From NCBI GenBank assembly GCA_964187785.1, contig OZ076409.1, positions 64,542,001 to 64,606,000 of the forward strand: 64,000 bases of DNA, read 5' to 3'. The notes beneath the pieces are model-generated. The model was not told where the DNA came from. It did no database searches and saw only the letters and a program-made list of their open reading frames with translations. A program made the translations under genes and the position numbers. Source of the stretch: Amphiscolops sp. MND2022 (lineage: Eukaryota). Positions 10,365 through 22,515 of this stretch are shown in pieces. Each line of letters starts with the position of its first letter. Position 1 is the stretch's first letter.

Positions 10365-13300
10365 GCCGATCTACGAGTTATCGCAACCCACCCCCTCTGA
10401 CAGATGGCATGAGCTACGACACATGGACCAAGGAATTGAAAATCTGGCAAGCTGTCACAGATTTGGAACCAGAAAAACAAGCACCCGCAGTTGCGTTGAC
10501 CCTACCAGGCACTTTCAGAGAAGTAGCGGTTGGAATCCCGTTGGAGAAACTGCAAGGTGCAACTGGAATGACAGAGTTGTTGAAAGTAATGGACGAAAAT
10601 TTCAAGAAAGAAAGCGTGGACACATCATTCGAGGCATATCGAGAATTTGAAGCTGTGCGTGGAACAAAAAGCAATGTCATAGGCTACATACAGGAGTTCG
10701 AACGCAAATACAACAAGATCAAAGCCCTGAAAATGGTCTATCCTGATGAAGTTCTTGGGTGCAAGATGTTAGACAATAGCGGTTTGGACAAGCTCGAGAA
10801 ACAAATGCTCCTGACATCGGTAAAAACTTTGAATGTAGATGAAATCAAGGCTGCAATGAGGCGCATTTTCGGATCCGTTGTCGGTAACATAACGGACAGC
10901 GAAGTCAAAATCAAATTTGAGAACGAAGCTTTTGCAGCTGGAAAATTCCACAGGGGACATCCAAGCACTAATCGATTTTACAGAGACAGGAGTAAAAGCG
11001 AATCGACAAGCACGAGTGACCGACCTGCTCCCAACAAGAAGTTGAACCCAAAGAACAAATACGGGAAAACAACCAAATGCGCTATCTGTCAATCCATCTA
11101 CCACTGGGCTCGTGATTGTGAGCATCGCGAAGAAGAAAACACAGTTTTTGAGGGCTCAAAGGAAGAATCAGAAACAACGGAGAAGCCCAAAGAAGGTTTC
11201 GTGTCTTTTGCTTTGACAACAGGAAACAAACTGCTAGAAGAATGCAAAAATTCTGCCCTGTTGGACACTGGTTGCACACACTCCGTCTGTGGATCAAACT
11301 GGCTCGATATTTATGTCAGTAACTTGACCGAAGAGGAACGAGAATCAATTGTCAGTCGCGAAAGCTCAGGCTCCATCGTATTTGGCGATTTGAAGAAACA
11401 GCCGACGTTTATGGAAGTAACTTTCCCGGTATCTGTACTGGGCGTAAAAGGAACGCTCACCTGTGATGTTCTTGAAGGCAATTTGCCGTTACTCCTCAGC
11501 AAAGAAGCGATGAAAAAAGCCAAGTTCAAGATCGACCTGGAAACCGACGAACTGAAAGCTTTCAACAAGACGCTGAAGCTGAAATCTACCAGCTCTGGAC
11601 ATTACATCCTACCTCTCATCGAGCGGACAGAACAAGTTTTTCATGTCGCACACGATTACCGAGACAGCAAAGTCCTTGCCAAACTTCACAAGCAATTCGC
11701 GCATTGCTCCCCTGAAGCTCTCGTGAAACTGATCCGAAATTCTGGCCATGAAGTAAGTCGCCAATTGATTGAGAAAACGCTAGAAGCTTGTCAAGCTTGC
11801 AAGTCTGCGAAACGAAGGAACCCGAAACCAGTCAGTAGTTTGCCACTGGCAACACGATTTAATCAAGTAATTTCAATGGATCTGCATCAGTTACAACCTG
11901 GAAAGTATTATCTGCATATCATCGATCTATTCTCACGCTTCTCTGTCGCGGGAATTCTTCATGACAAAAAGAGCACAACGATAATTGAAATTTTCCTTGA
12001 TAGATGGCTGTCCATCTTCGGCAAACCTTCCGATGGTATCTTTACAGACAACGGTGGCGAATTCAATAATCGCGAATTCAGAGATCTCTGTGAAAATTTG
12101 GATATAAAATGTCTAACATCCGCCGCATACTCACCATTCAGTAATGGGATTTGTGAAAGACACAACGGTACTCTCAGTCTGATGCTGGAGAAAGTCAAAC
12201 AAGAGTTTCCGACACTCTCAGACCAAGCTTGCTTATCATACTGCTGCCAGGCCAAAAATTCGCTCTACAATAACAAAGGATTCACGCCATCTCAAATAGC
12301 AATTGGAGCATCACCTTCATTGGCTCCGATTATGGACAACACACTTTCTTCTTTAGACGGAGTATCCATTTCCCAAACTGTGAGTGCGCACATCTCAGCA
12401 CTGAACAGCGCAAGGAACGAGTATTTGAAGGCTGAATGCAGCGAACGACTCAGAAAAGCATTAAAACACAACGTCCGACCTTCAAGTATGGTTTGTTCTG
12501 GAGATGAGGTGTTTTACAAACGAGCAATTGACAAAAAGTGGCATGGACCGGCTCGTGTTATAGGCACTGACAGCAGTATAGTCTTTCTCAGACACGGGGG
12601 CAGTATTCTGAGAATTCATCAATCTGACGTTCAGCTGACAGACTCAAAAAACGCGTTTAGTGAAGCAGTGCCGTGTAATCGAACAGAGAACGCCACTACC
12701 GAATCATATGAACTAACAGAAGAAGACACTTGTGACTCTGATGACGACGCTCCCAAAAAAGCCAGAACAGAGACAGTTGAAAGCAACGAAAATGAATGGA
12801 CGGACGCAACACATGGTGTCACCACTACAGATACAGTGTCAGAGTTCAAAAACACTGGCGATAAACGCCCTCGTAGAAACGATATTATCAAGTTCAGGCC
12901 TATGGATAAAAACCTCGAAAACGAATACGTGGCGAAAGTATTGAACCCAGCAGCGAAGAGAAGCGGTGCTTATCCGAACTCTTGGAATATCGAGTACGTC
13001 ACTCCAACGTCACTCCAAGGCCAACTCGCAAATATAGACTTGAAACGGGATGTTTCGAGCTGGGAAAACTACGAGGAGATGACCAATGAAGTCTTTGTCA
13101 CAGCTGGTGAAGATCCCAAGTCTTTCGAATCTGCCAAACAAGACGAATTGAATTCATGGAAAACATATGGCGTTTATCGCGAAGTCAAAATTTCAGGACA
13201 ACCGCTGATTTCAACAAAATGGATCACATCACTGCGAGACAATGGAGACGGGACGTACAAATCTAAAGCTCGGCTAGTTGTACGCGGATTTGAAGAAAAT

Positions 13301-14587
13301 GCTCTCGAAAATCCATATAAAGAGTCTCCAGTGGTTGGACGGGAGCTGATCAAACTGTTTCTCAGCATTTCAACATTGAAACGTTGGAAAATTAGGTCAA
13401 TTGACGTGAAAACGGCCTTTCTCCAGGGAAACAGACTGGAGAGACAACTGTTTATCAAGCCCCCAAGAGAAGCCAATTGTTCCTCTGATACCATTTGGGA
13501 ATTGCTGAAACCCGTCTACGGTTTACAAGACGCCTCCGCTCTCTGGTACAAGCGTGTGCGCTCAGACCTCGTGGGAGTCGGATTCGAGCCCTGCCCTTAC
13601 GAACCAGCTCTGTTCTGTTATAGAAATGAGAAACAAGAGTTGATTGGCATAGTTGTTCTACACGTGGACGACTTTTTGTTCGCTGGAACAGATGAGTTCC
13701 ACTCCAGAGTTATGCCCAAAGTTGCCTCTCTGTATACAATTGGCAAGGAGAACGAGTGCCCTATGAAGTTCACTGGTCTTAAAATTGCTGAATCCGAAGG
13801 CGGTTTCACAGTTTCACAAGAGGATTTCATCAAGGAAATCAATATTCACGATGTCAGTGACATCAAGTCCGACCAACCCCTCGATTCAGCGGGAATCTCA
13901 ATCCTAAGACAACTTCTAGGACAATTACAGTGGGTGGCTAGTCAATCAAGACCAGATCTGAGCTTCATAGCGAACTCTTCTGCGGGAGATCTCAAAAATG
14001 CTGACGGAAACCGGATAAAAACAGTAGCGAAAGCTCTGCGGAAACTGAAATTCTCTGACCAAAATACCATCCATTATCGCTCGTTTCCTGAAGAACCTAA
14101 CTTGTGTCTCGAAATCTACAGCGATGCATCCTTTCAAAACTTAGCAGACGGAGGCTCACAAGCTGGATATATCATTTTCTTGACGGACACAATCTCAAAA
14201 ATTTGCCATCCCCTTTGCTGGGGATCTAAAAGAGTGAAACGAGTCGCCAGAAGCACCCTTGCTGCGGAAACTATGGCTCTTCAAGATGCGTTAGACGGGG
14301 GGATCTTCATTTCGGAAGTCTGGAGATTTTTGATGAAAGAAAGCCTTGAAACAGTAGCCTTTGTGGACAATAAACAACTCTATGAAAGTGTATATTCATC
14401 AAAATGTGTTCTAGAGAAGCGACTCCGTGTTGAAATCAGTGCAATCCAAGAAATGATGAAAAATAGAGAGCTAACGAAGCTCACCTGGGTCCCTACAAAC
14501 ACACAGCTAGCGGATTGTCTCACGAAAAAGACGTCCGAGGCCAAAAACTTGACGAATGTGCTTAAACTTGGCAAAAAATGTGCTTAA
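10361..14587 (+). CDS. Copia gag-pol polyprotein (~1408 aa from the first ATG)
   Basis: Zinc knuckle CAICQSIYHWARDC; protease LLDTGC; integrase HKQFAH...CQAC with ISMD, FTDNGGEF and GICERHN; RT KARLVVRGF, DVKTAFLQG, LHVDD; RNase H YSDAS and QLADCLTK. No stops. Confidence 0.97.
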   Translation: MSRSTSYRNPPPLTDGMSYDTWTKELKIWQAVTDLEPEKQAPAVALTLPGTFREVAVGIPLEKLQGATGMTELLKVMDENFKKESVDTSFEAYREFEAVRGTKSNVIGYIQEFERKYNKIKALKMVYPDEVLGCKMLDNSGLDKLEKQMLLTSVKTLNVDEIKAAMRRIFGSVVGNITDSEVKIKFENEAFAAGKFHRGHPSTNRFYRDRSKSESTSTSDRPAPNKKLNPKNKYGKTTKCAICQSIYHWARDCEHREEENTVFEGSKEESETTEKPKEGFVSFALTTGNKLLEECKNSALLDTGCTHSVCGSNWLDIYVSNLTEEERESIVSRESSGSIVFGDLKKQPTFMEVTFPVSVLGVKGTLTCDVLEGNLPLLLSKEAMKKAKFKIDLETDELKAFNKTLKLKSTSSGHYILPLIERTEQVFHVAHDYRDSKVLAKLHKQFAHCSPEALVKLIRNSGHEVSRQLIEKTLEACQACKSAKRRNPKPVSSLPLATRFNQVISMDLHQLQPGKYYLHIIDLFSRFSVAGILHDKKSTTIIEIFLDRWLSIFGKPSDGIFTDNGGEFNNREFRDLCENLDIKCLTSAAYSPFSNGICERHNGTLSLMLEKVKQEFPTLSDQACLSYCCQAKNSLYNNKGFTPSQIAIGASPSLAPIMDNTLSSLDGVSISQTVSAHISALNSARNEYLKAECSERLRKALKHNVRPSSMVCSGDEVFYKRAIDKKWHGPARVIGTDSSIVFLRHGGSILRIHQSDVQLTDSKNAFSEAVPCNRTENATTESYELTEEDTCDSDDDAPKKARTETVESNENEWTDATHGVTTTDTVSEFKNTGDKRPRRNDIIKFRPMDKNLENEYVAKVLNPAAKRSGAYPNSWNIEYVTPTSLQGQLANIDLKRDVSSWENYEEMTNEVFVTAGEDPKSFESAKQDELNSWKTYGVYREVKISGQPLISTKWITSLRDNGDGTYKSKARLVVRGFEENALENPYKESPVVGRELIKLFLSISTLKRWKIRSIDVKTAFLQGNRLERQLFIKPPREANCSSDTIWELLKPVYGLQDASALWYKRVRSDLVGVGFEPCPYEPALFCYRNEKQELIGIVVLHVDDFLFAGTDEFHSRVMPKVASLYTIGKENECPMKFTGLKIAESEGGFTVSQEDFIKEINIHDVSDIKSDQPLDSAGISILRQLLGQLQWVASQSRPDLSFIANSSAGDLKNADGNRIKTVAKALRKLKFSDQNTIHYRSFPEEPNLCLEIYSDASFQNLADGGSQAGYIIFLTDTISKICHPLCWGSKRVKRVARSTLAAETMALQDALDGGIFISEVWRFLMKESLETVAFVDNKQLYESVYSSKCVLEKRLRVEISAIQEMMKNRELTKLTWVPTNTQLADCLTKKTSEAKNLTNVLKLGKKCA

Positions 14588-14959
14588 ACTTGTTCCCATG
14601 TGTTTGTGCGCATTTCCTAATATATTCATGTTATTGAATTCTTGCTCGAACGTTTTATTAAAACATGTGCAGTATTCATTCTATAATGTATGCATTTAAT
14701 AATCATTCCACTGTGCACGCAACTGACTTCTGTTCATTTTTATACATTATTCAAACATGTGCAGCTCTATAATGTATGCATTTAATAATCACTCCACTGT
14801 GCACGCAACTGAATTCTGATTACGTAACGTAGCCAACAATAACGTCAGTCTAAATTACACATGATGTGTTCACTCATTTCTGTGAGCTAATGTGCACTCA
14901 TTTCTGTGCACTTCCTTCCCGCACACGAAGCATCCAAACAAATCACAAACGAGGTAGTT

Positions 14960-15101
14960 TGTTATTTCTTCGTTTATATATTTACAATAAACGTTGACTT
15001 GTTTCCACCTTCATCTTGCTTTAATATCATTCATTTGTTACTTTCAGATATAGTTGACGTTGTGTTTTAATTGAGTGTTATCACAAGACAAGTTTTTATC
15101 A
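14960..15101 (+). repeat. 3' LTR (142 bp)
   Basis: Identical to the 5' LTR; preceded by a weak purine tract AAACGAGGTAG. Confidence 0.95.
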
Positions 15102-15123
15102 CTTTTTACAGTTCGAATGTTGT

Positions 15124-15472
15124 AACAAGACGCCCGCTAAGCACCGGGATATTTTCCCCCCTTTTCGCCTTCATCACTTGAGCCATCGCTATTTTGGGAG
15201 GGGAATATGATCTAAATAATAAGATCTAAAATTTAAAGATTTTAGATCTTGTTCCCTTTAGATCTTATTCCCGTCCTGAAATTTTAGATCTTATTCCCTT
15301 TGGATCTTAATCCCATTTTTGACTTTAGGTCTTATTCCCCCTCCTACTAAAATAGTCAAGTAACTAAATAGTCAAGTGATGGAGCGTGGAGATTTGGCAG
15401 AATTTGGAAAAAAAAACGCAACACAGATGATGATTTTCCTCCTCATTGAAAATGTGGGTCGGAAAATAAAAA
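15124..15472 (-). mobile_element. Non-autonomous HINE-like element, family B
   Basis: Head AACAAGACG-CCCG-CTAAGCAC-CGGG-ATATTTTCC; central GGGAATAAGATCTAA-type tandem repeats; tail hairpin ATTTTCC...GGAAAAT. Homologous to 33753-34391 and 55464-55881. Confidence 0.7.
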
Positions 15473-16003
15473 TGTAGATGGCAGAAAGGGGTTTTGCAAA
15501 AATTGAACAACTTTTGGTAAAACTATTTTGGCTAGTTCAGGTGTATCGAAAAAAAACTGACGAAAAGCCATGACTATAGTCGTTCTAAAGAAAAGCGCCG
15601 ACTAAAAACACTCAATGTGATATTTTCTTCCAACATACTACTGTAGTTATTTGGCAAAAACAAAAACTCTTTGTGCTTTGATTGATCTGTACAGTAACAA
15701 TCAACTATTTTTGCCCTATTTGCAAAGATTGTTTCGTTTTGAAAATTGGCTATTTTATCATATTTTCAAAATCGGCTGTTTGGTCTAGTTTCAAATGGGA
15801 TGTTTTGTCCCGCTCCCCAGAAAAATCACCTCTGATGGCAAACCTTGACAAAGCTGAGAGATTAAGTCGGTGAAATGAGCGCACATCGGAAAATTACTCG
15901 TACTATATGTATCTTTAAAGATATATTGACTTCTCTAAAAAAAGCACTAGAGCACCAAAAATTTCAACTCCAATTATCAACTTTTGAGAAAATTTTGACC
16001 TAC

Positions 16004-16291
16004 TTGTTGGATATTCGTTGCTAAAATAGTTCAAGAAAGATGCATCCAAACTTTTCATGGAGACAGTAGTTTGCAATAATCCCTTGTCGTTGTCCATGTT
16101 GGTAACTCGGATACTGGGAAAATTGGAAGATGACTTGCTGCTACTCAGACTGTCTTCTATGCACTCCAATTGCAGCAAAGTGCCTCTCCTTGAACTGAGA
16201 ATGGACGACAATGATTCAGAGAGATCCCCTCCCCCACTTTTGAAAGATAATTCCGAGAATTCGTCGACATCTACCGCAGGGACAACTTCTG
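16004..16291 (-). CDS. Candidate internal exon, Ser-rich disordered protein
   Basis: Open frame EVVPAVDVDEFSELSFKSGGGDLSESLSSILSSRRGTLLQLECIEDSLSSSKSSSNFPSIRV... bounded by CAG acceptors (16292 or 16289) and a GTAGGT donor at 16003. Confidence 0.4.
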
Positions 16292-17107
16292 CTGTTCATG
16301 AGTGCGGTTGAGAAAGTTGGATAGATTGGGACGCCGTCAAGTTATAAAGGTTATTATAGATTATGAGTACGACCACTGGGTTTATTTGTAACAACTCAAC
16401 TAGCAAGCCGCGATTCATCATTTTATAAAAGCGGTTGATGAACTATTGAGGTGTAATCTAAAAGATTTGTTTGGATAGAAAAAGGGCACAAATTCGTGAG
16501 AACATTTCCGAAGTTGAAGTTCAACTCAGGACCTGCGCAACCTCTAACGCCATTCCCAATCTCTAATTCGTAATTACTGGGGTCATTTATCTTATTGGAG
16601 ACAAGAGAAAAATTGAAATTCTACCACTCGGAAGCATAGAAATAAATGATCACGAATTCTGAATTACAAAAATAGCAAAATTTCAAATGCATATGAAACA
16701 TTTCGATACATATATAAGATTACCGAAATTAGAATAGGCCATCGAGGCTCAGAAACGTTACAAAACCAAACAAGGCTCAAAAAATCATCTATCATTCACA
16801 CAAATTTTCTGGAAGAAATCATTTTGAAAAATATTTTTCGCTGTCGATAAGAGTGCCTCGCATAGCTGCTAACAGAAACAAAAAACAGGAAACAACAAAT
16901 GATAGTTTGGAGGTGTTCAACAACTATGAAAGAACCCTTGTCTGAAAAGAAAGATTGTATTATAAAAAAATACAACCAACGAAAAATTAAATTTCTCAGG
17001 GATCATTCGTTTCTTGTATAACTTATAATTCAGGTCTCAGAAGAGTTGTGTCTCCCAGAAAAGGGTGAATGCGTTAGAGCATCATTAGCACTGCGAGTAC
17101 TAATTTC

Positions 17108-17622
17108 AACAAGACCCGAACGTCTCAATTCGGGGCTCCGCTTAAGGCTCAAACAGAACCAAGTTTTCAAAAAATGCTCATTTTCAAAGAGATCGAAAAA
17201 CACTTTTCTCTGACTGAAATCATCCAAAAATGCCAATTTGGCAAAGAAACTAGCTCAGTACCGAAAACTCGAAAAAGGAGCCCTTTAGGCTCTTTGAACG
17301 ACTTTTTCGAGAAAATGAAACACAGGGAAAACCGAGAGGGGGCCCTTTGGTGAAATGAGTTTTTCTCGAAAAGTCGCACAGTGCCGAAAAACCTCAAAGG
17401 GCATGCCTTTTCCTACTTTCTATTCTTATTGGTGTTTCCATTAGTGGTCCTGGATATGAAATGGTCCTAGATACGTTTTAGACTAAAAACATTTTAGACA
17501 TGGATGATATCAAGCCACTGAAAAAGTTGAACGAAAAAGTGGACTATTCAGTGTGACTACTGACAAAAAACTTGCCTCTGTAAGAGTCGGGCACTTTTTG
17601 TTACAAAAGCGCCGACTAAAAA
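17108..17622 (-). mobile_element. Diverged family A copy
   Basis: AACAAGACCCGAACGTC head; tail GTCGGGCACTTTTTG-TTA-CAAAAGCGCCGACTAAAAA. Confidence 0.65.
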
Positions 17623-19210
17623 GGAAACCATTTCTTAGAAACTACCCGAAAGTATGAATTCTAAAGCTTGAACGAAAATTTAACGGAATTCCGGCAACGA
17701 TCATATGGAAACAAATTACGAGTGAACCTACAAAAATTGGGATGAAAAGCAGTTATGATACTCAAGTTTTCTTTGCCAGATAAAAAGAGCAAAAATATTT
17801 AATACCAGGCGGATCAGCACCCATGAACGCTACCGTTTTCTGTTTTCTTCGAATGCCCCGATTGTTTCTTTTTCTTCGTCATTGGTGTGAGTTTTTCGAT
17901 TGACCGCAAATAGCCTGGGGCCATTGAGATGTCATGTGCAAGAGACAATAATATTGGGTATAATAAGAAAACTGTAAGAGTAAGTATTAGACTAAATTGA
18001 AAACAAATGGTTCAAATTCGAAATCTTTAGCGACATTTGATTCAAAATGATCCAAGTTCAAAGAACAAAAGGATTGATCGAAAGTACAGAACGAACAGAA
18101 AGACTGATCGAAAGTACGACGAAACGTGACATATCTTGATGTTTGTTGAGATAGTTTCAAAGCAGAGATGAGTAGTCTTAATTCAAACCAAAACTTTCCA
18201 TCCGTGAAGGATGAAAGCAGCTCGAATTTAACTACTCATCAATCAAAGGCCATACATCTCGGTAGTCCACAGCGGTGGTCTCACAAAATCTCAATAGGGC
18301 TGAAACTTGTGGCGGAGATTCTCAGTGTTGGTAGAACCGAAATTCCAGTTTGAGATTAACAACTGCTTTTGGCAAATGAATCGAGAAACATTTGAAGCGA
18401 AAGCATGTCTCATTTACTACTGACAGAAATGTCAATATTTACAAACTTAGATAAATCATTATAATTAGATCAAACTTTGAAACGTTTCGCAAAGTACAGA
18501 AATGCCTCCTCTGAATTAGGGATTCAACATCAATGTTTGACTGATTCCTCCGATTAGAATAAACACCGTTTGTAGAAGTTTATTCAGCCGATATTGTAGA
18601 CCTTCCGAAAATTACATGTACAACACAGTTTCACCATTGACCCTGTATGAACAACAAATGGTGCAATGCTTGGTTTCAAATGCTAAATGGTAAGAATAAA
18701 GCCATTTCTTAAATCAGCCAGATTTGAGGGCGTTTGTCATATACATCATTAAGTTCAAACTCCGCGATTTGCTAAAAACAGAATCTCCAAATTTGGATGG
18801 ATACAAATTTAGCCTGGTTTGCCCTCCCGGTGATTAGCCAGCGCTGAGTCATTAGCCAGGTGAGAGGGGAGGGAGGTAATTGAACAGATATCAGCCAAGA
18901 CAGACAAAGATTATTTGGAGTTAAATTACCATTTACGGCCCTTAAATAGCCACTTAATGTTCTTTCATTCAGGCACTTATTCAGTATCACAGTCGAGTTA
19001 GCAATATAAATATGTACGCTTTGTATGGAGACATGCCAAATTAGGTGAATGTTGAAATTCTTCATCAAATTTGAACATGAAAATTTATGATGAACCCAAC
19101 AAACTTATTATGATAGGTGTATTCGAATTGATCTATAATCAAATTTCCAGAATTCTTTGAAGACACTCCAGAATTAGAGGAGATATCTTCATTCCGAAAG
19201 ATAGAGTTTA

Positions 19211-19540
19211 TTATTTTCCGTCCCCACAAATTATTGTGTAGGGGGATAACCATCTGTGTAGCGAGTTTTTCCAAATTCTGCCGAATCTCCACTTTATTTG
19301 TCCATTTAAGTACGTGGATATTCTAATCAACATGGCCCCGTTGGCAGTGCGTCTTCATGGCAGACAGAAGGTCGTGGGTTGGGTGGTTTCACTAAGGGGG
19401 AGGCGGAGGTTCAAAAAAACGCCCCATTTGTCCCAGCACGCTATATTCGGACTTTTGACGTTATATCAGAAGTAATTTGCGTTTTACTGAGGAGGAAACG
19501 GAGATCCAAAAATATTGCGCTATCTCCGACATCCAATTTT
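19211..19540 (+). mobile_element. Partial family B copy with satellite unit and tRNA-like fragment
   Basis: ATTTTCCGTCCCCAC...TTCCAAATTCTGCCGAATCTCCAC matches the family B tail; 19400-19530 matches the 33830-34250 satellite; CAGAAGGTCGTGGGTT at about 19365-19380. Confidence 0.5.
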
Positions 19541-20814
19541 CTAAACATCCAATTTGTTGCAAAAAATTGAACGGAAGACCTTGTGGAGACATTAAATACT
19601 CTGGAAAAACGTCTCACAGTGCCAAAAAAATTGAAAGGTAGTCCGAATTCGGTTTTGTATGTTACGTTGGAAAAGGAAAAAAATGAGACGGAGAGGGCCG
19701 TTGCACCAATTTAGATGCGTTTCCGGTGCGTTCGTTTAGTTGAACAAACTGAACAACAGCGGATATTTAATTACTGTGTCAAATTACACCACCTTCGATA
19801 CTTCTCGTACTAAAAAACAAAACTGCTAAGCGTAAAATTCTCAAAGAGACTTCCATGCATCAAAATTTCAATCAAGCTGCCTATAAAATGCATCCTAAAT
19901 GTGGCCAGAATTCCAAGACACGAAGTTTTGCAGGTTTCATCAAGATTCCATTCAAATTTTGGAAGCAGCTGTGAGCTCAATAATTTTACCGCAATGTCAA
20001 TGCAAATAAACTTCAGTCACATTATAAGTTTCATTCCTCAAGACGAAAAGTGTTTCTGTCAACTTCAGTGATGGCAGAGAAAACCATCTGCCATTTTACG
20101 TTAAAATTGGCTTGCTTTACATGCTTCCCACTAATGGAACTCCTGTCACTGAATATAGCCATTTTCAGTAGAAATTGTCGTAGCTAAAAGCAACATAGCA
20201 AAACGTCGACATTAGAAAAGTCCATTTTACCCGTGTCCGGACAATAAAGTTCCGAAAAATTCGGTCACAGCAAATAAGTCCCAAAAGCAAAACTTAGGTC
20301 CTAATCAGCAGGCAGGACTGAAGGACCCTTTTTAAAGACAGAAGCGGTTTTACTAAAATGTACGTGCAAAATAACATTTAAATGTAGGCCCATGTGCGGC
20401 ACAGTAATTTATCTGCTTCGGTTAACAATAACAAAATGTTCAGTTTTCAGTATTAAACATTTATGCGAAATAACTATACCCATTCAATTAAGTATATAGC
20501 GCATAAATAATTACTGTGTGAAATTACACCACCTTCGATTCGTCTCGTACTAAAAAATAAAACTGCTAAGCGTAAATGACGTTTCTCGTTCGTATTCGAA
20601 TACAGGTGAAGCTCTCGGCGAACGAATAATTGAAACTCGCTCACTTGATGTCAATGAACAATGCATACAAATAATTAATACTCGTTCACTTCAACGGGAT
20701 TTGAATTAACTAGCAAAAGACTTGGAGTAGCGGTGTCTCACTGCTGCCAAAATTGGCGAAAAAAGTGGGACGACAGAAGTCTGGAAATAAAAGATGACAT
20801 TTACTTCATTTCAG

Positions 20815-21140
20815 CTTTAGCAGAAAATTTAAGAACAGTCACTGACATTTTTACAGATGAATCAAGACTTTCAGACCATACGTTGACGACTTTCGGTCGT
20901 CCTCGTATAGGCTATAATTTAAACAAGAGAAGACGCCCATGGTATTTGATAGATATTCCACAAAGTTCATCCATGATCAACTGTTATCCAGTTTTGAAAA
21001 ATCTACCCCAATTAATGACAACACCAATCGAGGTAACAACACCTGTTGAAATCCTACAGTCGGTGATAGAGAGAAGGATGCTGCGTAAAAGTGCAAACCT
21101 TACCTGGGTGGATTTTCACAAAAATGTTAAGCCAGCGTAG
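20815..21140 (+). CDS. Candidate terminal coding exon of an unknown gene
   Basis: Strong acceptor TTCATTTCAG at 20805-20814 followed by about 107 open codons (LAENLRTVTDIFTDESRLSDH...NVKPA*). No recognisable domain. Confidence 0.3.
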
Positions 21141-22515
21141 TTTCTGTCTCTTGTTCAACGCTATGTTTCATCACACGAAATGCAGTTGACTTTTCAATTC
21201 TTGAGGTAGCAAAGAGAACGTATTGATTGATAGTTGCGCTATCACTACTACATTACAAAGAACTAGACTGTTGAAGAACATAGAGCGGACCATGTATTCA
21301 ATCCCCCCCCAGCGGCGACAGGAGGAAATAAGACACAAGGCTCAAATACCATTACGTCAACATCGTTTGCGTTGAAATTTTGGTCCAATGAAATAATTGA
21401 TCTCAACATAATCCTATCCATTACATTGATTGTCAGTTAAAAGTTGCTCATTAGATTTTATCACGGAGAAAATTTGCGTTGAAATAGGGGCCTTTTATGA
21501 AATTTTAGCTTGTTCCAAGTGTGAATTTCTGCTATTTTGGACAATCATATCAAAAAATTAGAATACATTTTTTGCCTGAAGTGACAAAACAGTTCTAGAG
21601 ACAATACTCTAAGTATTTACATTCATATAATATTCTCTGAATAGTGAAATAATTTTATTCAAGAACAAATGGTGCTTTCGTGTCGTGGGGGGATTGAACA
21701 CATGGTCCCTTGTCTCAAAAGTCTGCGGTTAAGTTCGCCTGAGCACGTACCACAAGTGCGTGGTCCGTTTTTATGGGGCCGTTACTGGCACTGTAAGGAG
21801 GCTCTTCAGCTTGCAGCGTTTTGACACCTGATCTCTTATTTTTTATTATCTTCACAGACTTATTCACTTCTCTGTATTATGGGCACATACAAGCTTATCA
21901 ACAGAACCAATTTTTGGTTTCATTACGCACGGTCCTTTCTACAAGACTTATCAGAATTTCATTACCACAAGCGCGTTGTAAGAACAACCATTCCAGAATT
22001 TTTGCAACTTCATTTCCATTAAACGTTTGTGGCAAAAAAAAATGTTATTGGTCTCTGTGTTTTCAAGTATCAGACTCACACCTCGCACAGCTAACGAAAA
22101 TAGAGCTTGAGATTCGAATTTCGGTTCGCATGTTTACGAAAACAACAACGCCTGTTCATGCTTATTTATAATTTATAGATCGGTCAAACTCCATGTTTGC
22201 TCATGTAGCTAAATCAATGTTGAATTGGAAATTAAAATTTAAGGGGTGTGACTAAACCGCCGATGATTCCGGTGTGGTGTGCATGTCATGGCCAATGCAT
22301 CTGTTGTGATAAAACCAAACGGACATTTCCAAACGAATAATTCCGTTCAATTCAATGTCAAGTGAATCGCATTGCTCATGCTAGCGAATGTTGTATAGTT
22401 TGAACAATACAGTACATCAGCTAACATGAGCATGAAATATTAGTTGGAATTGATTCATTTCATTTGCCTGATCTTTTCCATTAATTCCAAACCCCACAGT
22501 AGGTGCTGAAGAATT

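Larger units (their letters stand above)
10207..15101 (+). mobile_element. Full-length Ty1/Copia LTR retrotransposon, likely GalEa-like clade
   Basis: TG...CA LTRs at 10207-10348 and 14960-15101, identical by eye; 5-bp TSD CTTTT (10202-10206, 15102-15106); PBS TGGTAGCAG; domain order PR-IN-RT-RH. Confidence 0.97.

Noticed and set aside
10414-14574. Antisense and alternate-frame ORFs within the Copia gene
   Set aside because: Short shadows of a long coding frame with no motifs.
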